From positions 1-39,586 of the forward strand of contig JBGSIV010000196.1 in NCBI GenBank assembly GCA_041742355.1: 39,586 nt of DNA, written 5' to 3'. Positions 19,999 to 28,621 of the stretch are shown piece after piece; position 1 is the first letter of the stretch, and each line of letters opens with the position of its first letter. This stretch comes from Candidatus Zixiibacteriota bacterium (lineage in GTDB: Bacteria; Zixibacteria; MSB-5A5; GN15; FEB-12). The translations under genes were made by a program, and so were the position numbers. Under the pieces are notes generated by a model. The model saw only the letters and a program-made list of their open reading frames with translations. It was not told the origin of the DNA and did no database searches.

Positions 19999-21336
19999 AT
20001 GAAGGCAAAGATCGCGTCACTGTGGGAGTCCGTCTCCGTCAGTTTCTGGTTCATGCCGGGATTACTCGTTGTCGGCTACATCGTGTTGGCGCATCTCATG
20101 GTCTATATCGATCAGCAGATCTTGTTCTTCTCAGAGTCCCTCAATCCCTGGCTATATGCGGGCGACACCGATGGCGCCCGTGCATTCCTCACCGCTCTCG
20201 GCGCATCGGTGATTACTGTTGCCGGCGTGACTTTCTCTATCACTATGGTCGCCTTGACCATAACGTCGAACCAGTACGGGCCCCGCCTGCTGCGCAATTT
20301 CATGAAGGACCGTGCAAATCAGGTCGTTCTCGGCGCCTACATCGGCACCTTCATCTATTGTCTGCTTGCGGCCAACTCGATCGGCAATGTAAGTTCAGGG
20401 ACCAAACCGCCTAAACTGGCCGTTTCAGTCGGGATCCTCCTCACGATCATAGATCTCAGTCTGCTCGTATATTTCTTCCACCACATCGCCAGTTCCATTC
20501 AGGCTACCACAATCGTCCAGAGAGCTTACCGCGACCTTCTGAGTGCGATCGACCGGATGCTGCCCGAGCGGGGAACCCAATCGTTACCGGTTCATCCGAC
20601 GCCGATCGCCGGTCGGGAATTCCCCGCCGATGCCCCCGTGGTCGTGGCCAAGCTCGATGGCTACCTGAAGGCTATTAATGAGGAAGGATTGATGGATCTG
20701 GCCATAGAACGTGATTTGATCATCAAGTCCCGATACCGTCCGGGGGACTTTGTCTTCTCCCGCACAGCCCTGGCGGCCTATACTCCGAAACGGGACTTTG
20801 ACTTCGATTTCGAGAAAGCAGTCCGCAAGTGTTTTATCGTCGGCGTCCAACGCACTCCTTTGCAGGACATCGAATTCTCGATCACGCAGCTTGTGGAGGT
20901 GGCGTTGCGAGCCCTCTCGCCGGGGATCAATGACGCTTTCACGGCAATGAGCTGCCTCGACCGCCTGGCCGAGGCGGTAAGTATCATCGCGGCCCGTCCC
21001 TTTCCTCAGTCTCGTCGGTACGACTCAAAGGAGCATCTTCGGCTGATTCTGGATGTCACGTCGTTCGACGGCGTCATGAATGCGGCGTTTCACCAGATCC
21101 GTCAGAACGCCACGACCAAGCCGGATGTAAGTATCCGCCTGCTGGAGGTGCTCGGCATGCTGGCATCGACCGTTGCGAGCGGCGAGCAGCGCGAGGCGGT
21201 ACGGCGCCACGCCGAACTGGCCCATCGGGCGGTCAGCCGCGAGGTTGTGGAACCGAATGATCGGGACGACATCGACAGGCGGTTCCGGGCTGTCCTCGAC
21301 ACCCTCGCCGGGCGCGAGGGCAACCCGGTTTTCTGA
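19999..21336 (+). CDS. DUF2254 family membrane protein
   Basis: SFWFMPG, FSITMVALT..SNQYGPRLLRNF, QLVEVALRALSPGIND..TA..CLDRL motifs; four N-terminal TM segments. Confidence 0.85.
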   Translation: MKAKIASLWESVSVSFWFMPGLLVVGYIVLAHLMVYIDQQILFFSESLNPWLYAGDTDGARAFLTALGASVITVAGVTFSITMVALTITSNQYGPRLLRNFMKDRANQVVLGAYIGTFIYCLLAANSIGNVSSGTKPPKLAVSVGILLTIIDLSLLVYFFHHIASSIQATTIVQRAYRDLLSAIDRMLPERGTQSLPVHPTPIAGREFPADAPVVVAKLDGYLKAINEEGLMDLAIERDLIIKSRYRPGDFVFSRTALAAYTPKRDFDFDFEKAVRKCFIVGVQRTPLQDIEFSITQLVEVALRALSPGINDAFTAMSCLDRLAEAVSIIAARPFPQSRRYDSKEHLRLILDVTSFDGVMNAAFHQIRQNATTKPDVSIRLLEVLGMLASTVASGEQREAVRRHAELAHRAVSREVVEPNDRDDIDRRFRAVLDTLAGREGNPVF

Positions 21337-21384
21337 TCCACCATACCGCCTGATTCCGCCTCACTCACTTGGCGGCCATCAGTA

Positions 21385-22572
21385 TCATTGATACCCGTAA
21401 AGCTTCAGTCCCTCTTCCGAGTAGTAATCGTTCCGGTAACCGTCCGCCGGTTTCAATTGGTCGAGCCAGTAGGCTTTGTCATCGCGCTGGCAGACGACGA
21501 GGCGCTGCTCGTCGTGCGCGTTCCTGGCCCGATGGTACTTCAGGTATATATGCCGGTGATCGACTCCGATAATCTCGACCTTGCCTGACTCGTGGGACAT
21601 GCAGTACTTGATCCGCTTGGCCAGACCGGAGCACCTCTTCTTGGCCTGCTCGATTTTGCGGTAGGCTTCCACGATAGGGACTTCGTACGGTTCGTTGCCG
21701 GCTGTGGGGCGTCCCTGAAAGATGTAGTACTGCGCAACCCCCATGTACGATAACTCGTTCCACAGTTCGGCCATTACCTCGGCATCATCGGAGATGCCCC
21801 TGATGATCGGGTTCTGGTTCACGCAGATGACACCGGCTCCGATGACCCGGCTGATCGCTTCGCGGGCCTCGGCCGTGAGTTCGCGCGGATGATCGAAGTG
21901 GCACATGAGATAGATGCGGCGCTCCGGGAGCGAGTAGGCCCGGAACAGATCGATGAGTGCGTCGTCGTTGAGAAACCGGAATGGATTGAACGCCGGCATC
22001 TTGGTGCCGATCCGGATGATCTTAACATGGTCGATCTCCCGCAGGGCGCCGAGTATCGTCCGCAATTTCGGTGTCTGGAGGATCATCGGGTCACCGCCGG
22101 TCAGGAGTACGTTGCTGACTTCCCTGTGCTCGCGAATATACTCCAGACCGGGGGTGATGTCGTAGGTGACTTCGTCGTTGCCGTTGATAAACAACCGTTT
22201 GCGGAAGCAATAGCGGCAGAAAGCGCCGCAGACTTCGTTGACCAGGAGGAGAACCGTGCTCCCGTATTTGTGCTGGACTCCTTTGCGGACGGTGATTTTG
22301 CTCTCTTTCGAGGCATCCAGCTGTCCCCACTCCTGCAACTCGCGTTCGTGGGGAATCACCAGGCGGCGGATAGGGTCATGGGGATCGGACCAGTCGATCA
22401 GACTGAGGTAGTAGTCGTTGGCGCGGAAGGCGTATCGCCGTATCACCTCCTCCAGCTTGATCCGCTCCATTTCCGGTAGGTGCGAGAGCTTGTCGAGGGT
22501 GAACACGTACCGGGCACGAGAACGCCGGTCGCTCGGTTCACGGGCAAGGTAGCGGGTAGACTTGGCATGCAT
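21385..22572 (-). CDS. KamA-family radical SAM protein (lysine 2,3-aminomutase-like)
   Basis: DPIRRLVIP, HKY, CGAFCRYCFRK (CxxxCxxC), LLTGGDP, RIGTK, HFDHPRE, NQNP, SGK (candidate PLP lysine). AAGGAG RBS. Confidence 0.9.
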   Translation of the reverse strand: MHAKSTRYLAREPSDRRSRARYVFTLDKLSHLPEMERIKLEEVIRRYAFRANDYYLSLIDWSDPHDPIRRLVIPHERELQEWGQLDASKESKITVRKGVQHKYGSTVLLLVNEVCGAFCRYCFRKRLFINGNDEVTYDITPGLEYIREHREVSNVLLTGGDPMILQTPKLRTILGALREIDHVKIIRIGTKMPAFNPFRFLNDDALIDLFRAYSLPERRIYLMCHFDHPRELTAEAREAISRVIGAGVICVNQNPIIRGISDDAEVMAELWNELSYMGVAQYYIFQGRPTAGNEPYEVPIVEAYRKIEQAKKRCSGLAKRIKYCMSHESGKVEIIGVDHRHIYLKYHRARNAHDEQRLVVCQRDDKAYWLDQLKPADGYRNDYYSEEGLKLYGYQ

Positions 22573-22752
22573 ATACCAACTCTCCTTTCCAGATGTGCCT
22601 CCGGCAGCGGAGGAGGGTGATTGCTCAGGCGATGCCGCGAAAGGGTAACGAGCGGAGCCGATTCCGGTGCAGTGTCACAGGCTCAGCGATGAGCCGACGC
22701 CGGCAGGTAAGCCGGGATTACTGGTGGCGACGGTGCCTGAATTGTGTGCTTC

Positions 22753-22781
22753 AATATACCATCCTTCGCATCATCTGGCAA
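22753..22781 (-). promoter_or_regulatory. Sigma-70-type promoter for the KamA-like gene
   Basis: TTGCCA-N17-TATATT with a TG extended -10, implying a 5' UTR of about 170 nt. Confidence 0.6.
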
Positions 22782-23023
22782 GATCATCCAAGCAAAAAAA
22801 GTGCCGATCGCAATCGGTGTCTGTAACGCGAAGACCTGCGCATGCAGTGCGATTCCGCACGTTGAGGCATAGAGTTTACTCGAGTGACGAAATGCGTCGC
22901 GCTTTGCATGTTTTTTGTTGAATTACCCGTACCATATTCCTAATTACTCCAAAGTAGCGTGAACTACACGATGCTCCATCAGGATATGAGTCGATTGTAA
23001 ACGCCAAATATGGGAGAGCCTCT

Positions 23024-23515
23024 GTGGACTACAAGGATGGCGTGATAAAGAACACGGAGTTTTTCACGACCACGGAGCTGGCCGAGAAACTGAAAATGAA
23101 CGTCCAGGTGATCACCCGCAAAGTGCAGGCGGGTGAAATAACCGCCTTCAAGATCGGGAAGGACTGGCGCATCCCCGAGCAGAGCGTGTTCGAATGGCTC
23201 CAGCAGCGCTCCAACCGCAACGGCACTGCGGCAACGGCTTCGCCCCGCCGCGCGGTCCGACTCAAGCGCCCGCAGGAGACATCCGCCGAAGTGATCGGCA
23301 CCCCCAGCCGGCGGATCAAACGGAAGTACCTGTTGGAGTACATTCTCGCGCAGTTCGAACCGAACCGGCTCTACGATGAACAGGAGGTCAACCGCCTGAT
23401 TAGCCGCTATAACGAGGATCCTCTCGCGGTCCGGGCCGACTTCATCGAGGAAAAGATGATGGAGCAGATCGGCGGCGGCCTGCGCCGGTCCACCGGGTAC
23501 AAGCTCTCTCAGTAG
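23024..23515 (+). CDS. Excisionase-like HTH (HTH_17) fused to a DUF2087 domain
   Basis: FFTTTELAEKLKM...GEITAFKIGKDWRIP (excisionase-type HTH); C-terminal LEYILAQFEPNRLYDEQEVN...ED...R..FIE pattern (DUF2087-like). Confidence 0.75.
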   Translation: MDYKDGVIKNTEFFTTTELAEKLKMNVQVITRKVQAGEITAFKIGKDWRIPEQSVFEWLQQRSNRNGTAATASPRRAVRLKRPQETSAEVIGTPSRRIKRKYLLEYILAQFEPNRLYDEQEVNRLISRYNEDPLAVRADFIEEKMMEQIGGGLRRSTGYKLSQ

Positions 23516-23532
23516 CCGCTCCACAAGATACG

Positions 23533-23569
23533 AAAACGCCTCCGGTGCTACAGCGCCGGAGGCGTTTTT
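23533..23569. terminator. Bidirectional intrinsic terminator
   Basis: AAAACGCCTCCGG..CCGGAGGCGTTTTT between convergent genes. Confidence 0.85.
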
Positions 23570-23589
23570 CTATTCGCAGCTTGCAGATC

Positions 23590-26361
23590 TTACTGTGTCG
23601 CGCTCGCCCCCTGCGGAATCACCGACGACTGCGCAAAGCCGAGCAACTGCTGAACGTACGGATCCTCGAGGTTACGCGGGTAGTTCGCGTGCATGGTCAC
23701 GGCCCGCTGGATATCCTGGATTCGCCGTTGGTTCCCCAGCACGGTGGCGAGCTTGCGGAAGGTATGGCTCGACTCCGGATTGTCCTCGAAAGCATCCCAC
23801 ATCAGGGCCAACCCCTCCTCGATCATGTCCTGCTTACCCTGTTCCGAGCCTATCTGCACCTTTATCATACCGAGGTCGGTCCGGTAAAACAGGTTGTCCT
23901 CGTTCGACTCTTTGAACGCCTTGAGCGTGTCGTGCAGACGCCACATCACCGAATCCGCCCGAAGGGAGTCACCGGTTCGGTCGTAGTAGTTGGCGACCAG
24001 GAGGTACATTTGCCAGTACTCGGGATACTCGTTCATGATCTTGTTGGCCAGCGCGAAAGCCGAGTCCATCCGCCCGCGCCGCTCAAACTCGTCCCAGAGG
24101 CGGACTGCGTTGATGCCGTAGCCGATGTACACGCCGGTGGCGTTTTCGTCACGGTACACCTCCGAGTTCTCGTAACCGTCGAATCGGTAGGTATTCTTGT
24201 AAAGGTCAAACCCCTTGTCCGTGTCGATCTGCCGTTCCGACTGCCTGCGATCCAGCCGGTACACCATGCCCACCGCAGTCGTCAGCTTGTTCAGCCCCAG
24301 CGGTGAGTCGTACGGCGGGCTCGAAAAGTAGATCGGATCCTTCCACTTGTTTTCGATAACGATTTCGTCGACCATCATGTCCTGCACCTTGATCACGCCC
24401 CCCTCGTACGGCATCGCCACGAGGTAGGCCATGCGGTTGCGCGGGCGGTCGCGGAACATCTTGTCCGGCCGCGGCAGGGTAATCCCGGGCGCAACCTCGA
24501 CATCGTTCCACAGGATCTGTTCGTCGGTGAGCGAGATCGGCACCTTGTACTGGTTCTTCATCTGGTGCACGTACCAGTCGGTGTTCAGAAGCGACAGGTT
24601 TACCACGCGAACATCCTTGCGGTAGTTGTACACCTCCTGGATGGCCCAGAGCGGGAAAGTATCGTTGTCACCGGAAGTGAAGAGGATCCCGTTGGGTTCC
24701 ACCGAGTCGAGCAGGTTCGCGGCGTAATTGTAGGGGATGTAGTTGCCCGACCGGTCATTCGCATGGTAGTTGTGCGCCAGCGCCACGGTCGGCAGCAGCA
24801 CCAGTACCGCCATCACCCGCACCACGGTTTGCCGCAGACCGGGGTTCGAGGCCGCCACGGCATCCCGCACGAGCATCATCACCGCGGCGATTCCCATTCC
24901 AATGGCGATGCCAAAGAAGACAAACGCGGGCGTGAAGAAGTAGTCACGGTCGCGGACCTCGAGGTAGGCATCCCCGGTCCGAGGATTGTACTGCGTGCCA
25001 TCGGCGAAATTCATGTACAGGATCAGGCCGACCGAGCAAATCACAATCAGCGCGAGAAACGGCAGTCCGACCTCCTGGCGCTTGCGGATGGCCACCAGCA
25101 GCCCGATCATACCAAGCAGGAAGAACGGCGCGAAGCCCCAGCCCGACTCCGAGTACTGCTCTTCGAAATATGACCAGAAGCCCATGTGTGGGTGGCGGCC
25201 GAACTGATTTTCCCAGGTGCCGCGTCGATTGAACATCCGCTCGACCATCGATTCCTGACCGTACTGCTTGCGATCCAGGAAGTTAACGAAGGTGCTCCAG
25301 TCCCGGGAGGGGTTATTTTCGTCAATTCGCGGGTTGTGGGCAGAGCGGATCGGAATGTACGCGTGCACCGACATACCGATCAGGCCGACGACCATGATCG
25401 CCAGCCCCAGCCGCCAGTCAAACCGCATCCCGCGCTTCTCGGAGTAAAGCCCCAGCAGGATTATGCCCACGACAAAGACGGGGAGCGCGGTCATGTAGAG
25501 CGAAAAGCTCACCATCACAGTCGCTACCGATGCGATTCCGATCAGCACAGCCCAGTTTATCTTGCGATAGAGCATGGAGAGGAGGATCAGACCGAGGACT
25601 GCGGAGGCGAGGTAGAATATGACGTGCCCGCCGCGGCCGTTGCCGAACAGGATAATCATGACCAGTTCGAGAATGATGAATCCCCCCAAGTAGACATAGT
25701 CACGCGGCGAAGCGTCCCGATTGAGAATGAAGAACAAGGAGACAATGGGGACCACGAGGAACACCGTCATGTGGACCCCGATGCCGAGCGTTGACAGGAA
25801 AATAACCAGGAGGAGCAGCCTGGAGGCTTTGGCCGTGCCCCGCAGTTCATGGAACTGCAGCGCCAGCCAGACAATCATGACCGAAAGCGCCAGCGCCATG
25901 CCATATACTTCGGCCTCGACCGAGTTCCCCCAGTTGGTCCGGGAGAACGCCACAAAAAGAGCGCCGGAGACACCGCCCACATAGGCGATAATCCGATTCG
26001 AAAGCTCCCCTTTCTCGCCATTGAAGAAATATTGCACCAGCCGGACTGTCAGCAGGTAGCTGAACATGGCCGTGAAGGCCGACGTAATCACCGATATGTA
26101 GTTGATACGATGGGAGATATCCTCGACAAAGGGGATTGTCGAGAACAGCCGTCCGACCAACACAAACAGGGGGGTTCCCGGGGGGTGCGGTATGCCGAGG
26201 ATCCGGGAGGCGGCTACGAATTCACCACAGTCCCAGAAAGAGAATGTCGGCTGGACTGTCAAAGCGTAGGTGATAAATGACACCAGCCACACCAGTCCGG
26301 CCAGAATAGCATTGGTGCGGTCAAATCGGTTCGAATCGAGCAAAGGTGTTTGCGCCACCAT
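23590..26361 (-). CDS. DUF2723 / TMEM260-like GT-C membrane glycosyltransferase
   Basis: TFSFWDCGEF, LGIPHPPGTPLF, EAEVY, LDRKQYG, RDRDYFF, GDNDTFPLW, DVRVVNLSLL motifs; multiple TM helices and a helical C-terminal region. Confidence 0.85.
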   Translation of the reverse strand: MVAQTPLLDSNRFDRTNAILAGLVWLVSFITYALTVQPTFSFWDCGEFVAASRILGIPHPPGTPLFVLVGRLFSTIPFVEDISHRINYISVITSAFTAMFSYLLTVRLVQYFFNGEKGELSNRIIAYVGGVSGALFVAFSRTNWGNSVEAEVYGMALALSVMIVWLALQFHELRGTAKASRLLLLVIFLSTLGIGVHMTVFLVVPIVSLFFILNRDASPRDYVYLGGFIILELVMIILFGNGRGGHVIFYLASAVLGLILLSMLYRKINWAVLIGIASVATVMVSFSLYMTALPVFVVGIILLGLYSEKRGMRFDWRLGLAIMVVGLIGMSVHAYIPIRSAHNPRIDENNPSRDWSTFVNFLDRKQYGQESMVERMFNRRGTWENQFGRHPHMGFWSYFEEQYSESGWGFAPFFLLGMIGLLVAIRKRQEVGLPFLALIVICSVGLILYMNFADGTQYNPRTGDAYLEVRDRDYFFTPAFVFFGIAIGMGIAAVMMLVRDAVAASNPGLRQTVVRVMAVLVLLPTVALAHNYHANDRSGNYIPYNYAANLLDSVEPNGILFTSGDNDTFPLWAIQEVYNYRKDVRVVNLSLLNTDWYVHQMKNQYKVPISLTDEQILWNDVEVAPGITLPRPDKMFRDRPRNRMAYLVAMPYEGGVIKVQDMMVDEIVIENKWKDPIYFSSPPYDSPLGLNKLTTAVGMVYRLDRRQSERQIDTDKGFDLYKNTYRFDGYENSEVYRDENATGVYIGYGINAVRLWDEFERRGRMDSAFALANKIMNEYPEYWQMYLLVANYYDRTGDSLRADSVMWRLHDTLKAFKESNEDNLFYRTDLGMIKVQIGSEQGKQDMIEEGLALMWDAFEDNPESSHTFRKLATVLGNQRRIQDIQRAVTMHANYPRNLEDPYVQQLLGFAQSSVIPQGASATQ

Positions 26362-26506
26362 CTCCTCCTAAACGAGTGCTGCAGGCATACCGATAAAGGA
26401 CTTAGGGTTCAGTCCCTCTGTGAAACCGTAAATATAGCGGCAACTCGATGTTGCACAACTCTTAATTTTACCCCCCAGACTGGGGGTGGATTAATCGGAG
26501 GTCGCC

Positions 26507-26755
26507 ATGTTCGTCTGGTGCAGCTTGCTCTTCGTCCTCGGAGTCCTGGCGTTCCTGGACTCTGTGTTCAACATGGGCGAGATTTTTCGGCAGATCAATT
26601 CGGTTCTGTTCATGCTGATCTCGATTGCCCTGCTGGTGCGGACCACAACCAAAATGAAAGAGAAGAAGATCGAGAGTTATCAGGATCGGGTCTTCCAGCT
26701 GGAGCGCCGGATTCGGACTCTCGAAGATGGCCGCAAAAAGCTCGAAACCTACTGA
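26507..26755 (+). CDS. Small hypothetical membrane protein (2 TM + coiled coil)
   Basis: GGAGG RBS; 82 aa; two hydrophobic segments followed by a charged helix. Confidence 0.65.
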   Translation: MFVWCSLLFVLGVLAFLDSVFNMGEIFRQINSVLFMLISIALLVRTTTKMKEKKIESYQDRVFQLERRIRTLEDGRKKLETY

Positions 26756-28621
26756 TCAGCCGGTCTTTACGTCCCACTCCAGCTCGCGTAACTTCTTGCG
26801 GACCTCGGAGATAAAGGGATAATTCGGATGCCGCTCCAGCAGCGTCCGGTAAATTGCTTTGCCTTCCTCGCGGCGTTCCGGGTCAGAAACGTAAGCGTCC
26901 GCCTTGATTTTTAGCCCGAACGGGACATAGTACGATTCCGGGAATCGGGCAGCCAGCCGGTCGATGTACCCGAGAGCCGCCGTGGAATCCTGCAGATCCA
27001 TACACATGCCGGCGAGCCGATACAGCGCGACATCGGCCAGTGAGGAATCGTCCGCGCCCGCAATCTGCTCCAGCCGCACCCGGCTCGAGTCATACCGCCG
27101 CTGCTCGGCAAACAGCAACGCTGTCGAGTAGTCGTGCAGGAGCGGTTGGTTGCCGCCCGCCTCGCCGATCACCAACATCAACTGCAGGGCATCGTTGACA
27201 TAGAACCCGCGGGGGTAATCGACCATAAGTCGGTTAAAGGCCGCCTGCGCCGAGTCGAACCGCTTGTCGTAAAAATCGATCTTGGCCAGCTTGAAGATCA
27301 TCTCCTCGGCGATATCCTCGTTGACCTGCCGGGCCTGAATGTCCCGCAGCGAGGATCGGGCCCGATCCAGTTCACCGATCTGGATATACGCATCGGGCCG
27401 CGCCAGCAGCGCCCGCAGATACCCGAGTCCGCCGGCGTAGGTCGCCGTGACGGAATCAAACATCACCAGCGCCTTTCGCGGGTCACCGCGCAGATCGAGG
27501 TAGATCAGGCCGATCCGGTAGCCGGCTTCGGCCTTGTCCTGCGGACGGGGGTAGGTTGCGATGATCGTGTCGTACACGCTGATCGCGGAGTCGAGCTGTC
27601 CGAGGTGAGTCAGGGCATCAGCGTATAGAAACCGTGCCTCCGCCAGCAGGGGAGAGGCGCCGTAACGCTTGACAATCTCGCTGCCGACCACGGTTGCCTG
27701 GCGATACAACCCGCGCTCGTTGCAGGTTCGCATGAAACTCAGCAGCACGGTTCCGTTGGTTCCGCCCAGCGAATCGCGCAGGAGGGTGAAGTGCATCGCC
27801 TGGTCCATGTCACCCGCCTTGAGGAAGTGACTGGCCAGAATCTGAGTTGCTCGGGCGGCGGTGGAATCGGTCGTGTGGTTCCGCAGCGCCTTAATGACGT
27901 CCTTCGAGGATTCCTGGAACTCCAACAGCAGGAAGAGCTTGTTCTCGGCCTCGATACCGGTGTGCGTGGTATCGGCCATCGCGGTGTAGTATTCCTCGAC
28001 CGCCTTGAGGTAGTCGCGGCGGGATTCATGGATTTCCCCCGCTTCCTTGGCGAAGAGTCCCGGCGACGACAGGTTCGTTCGCAGCCGCGTGATCATGGCC
28101 AGCGCCTGGTCGGTCAGACCGACCGCCTGCATACTGCGCACGATCTGGCCGTACAGCCCAGCGTTGTTGTCCCGAACGAGGCTGTACGCTGTCTCGTACT
28201 CCTTGAGTGCGCTTTCGGTGTTCCCCTGCCGCGCGAGCGATTCCGCCAGGAACGCGTGGAGGATGTGGCTGTTGGGCGAGATTTCCATCATGCGTCGGAT
28301 AAGCAGTTCTGATTTCGCGGGCTGGCCCATCTGATCGTAGCAGGTCCGCAGGAGGTTCATGACCACCTGGTCGTCCGGGCGGCGCTGGTAGACGCTTTCG
28401 AGCAGGCCGGCGGCGCCTTCGAAATTGTTCTGCTGCATCATCTGCCGCACGGTGTTGAGCAGACGCTGGTCGGCCGCCTGCTGTTCGGCCGGGTTGACCA
28501 TCTGCAGACCGGCGGGCGGTTTCTTCGCTTCGACCGGCTGCTCGTCGGCCCGGATAGGTCCGGCCAGCACGAAGGCCGCGAGGAGGGCAACGGCTATTGA
28601 CGCCGAACGAATCTGCGTCAC
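26756..28621 (-). CDS. Exported tetratricopeptide-repeat protein
   Basis: Signal peptide and repeated TPR-like helices (e.g. ARFLYADAL...AISVYDTIIATYP); start overlaps the upstream stop. Confidence 0.8.
   Translation of the reverse strand: MTQIRSASIAVALLAAFVLAGPIRADEQPVEAKKPPAGLQMVNPAEQQAADQRLLNTVRQMMQQNNFEGAAGLLESVYQRRPDDQVVMNLLRTCYDQMGQPAKSELLIRRMMEISPNSHILHAFLAESLARQGNTESALKEYETAYSLVRDNNAGLYGQIVRSMQAVGLTDQALAMITRLRTNLSSPGLFAKEAGEIHESRRDYLKAVEEYYTAMADTTHTGIEAENKLFLLLEFQESSKDVIKALRNHTTDSTAARATQILASHFLKAGDMDQAMHFTLLRDSLGGTNGTVLLSFMRTCNERGLYRQATVVGSEIVKRYGASPLLAEARFLYADALTHLGQLDSAISVYDTIIATYPRPQDKAEAGYRIGLIYLDLRGDPRKALVMFDSVTATYAGGLGYLRALLARPDAYIQIGELDRARSSLRDIQARQVNEDIAEEMIFKLAKIDFYDKRFDSAQAAFNRLMVDYPRGFYVNDALQLMLVIGEAGGNQPLLHDYSTALLFAEQRRYDSSRVRLEQIAGADDSSLADVALYRLAGMCMDLQDSTAALGYIDRLAARFPESYYVPFGLKIKADAYVSDPERREEGKAIYRTLLERHPNYPFISEVRKKLRELEWDVKTG

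Noticed and set aside
22590..22750. Lysine riboswitch upstream of the KamA-like gene
   Set aside because: Lacks the conserved AGAGG/GCCGAA core; kept only as an unclassified structured leader.
23024..23515. Prophage or integrative element implied by the excisionase-like HTH
   Set aside because: No integrase, att repeats, tRNA or phage genes nearby; the DUF2087 fusion points to a resident regulator.
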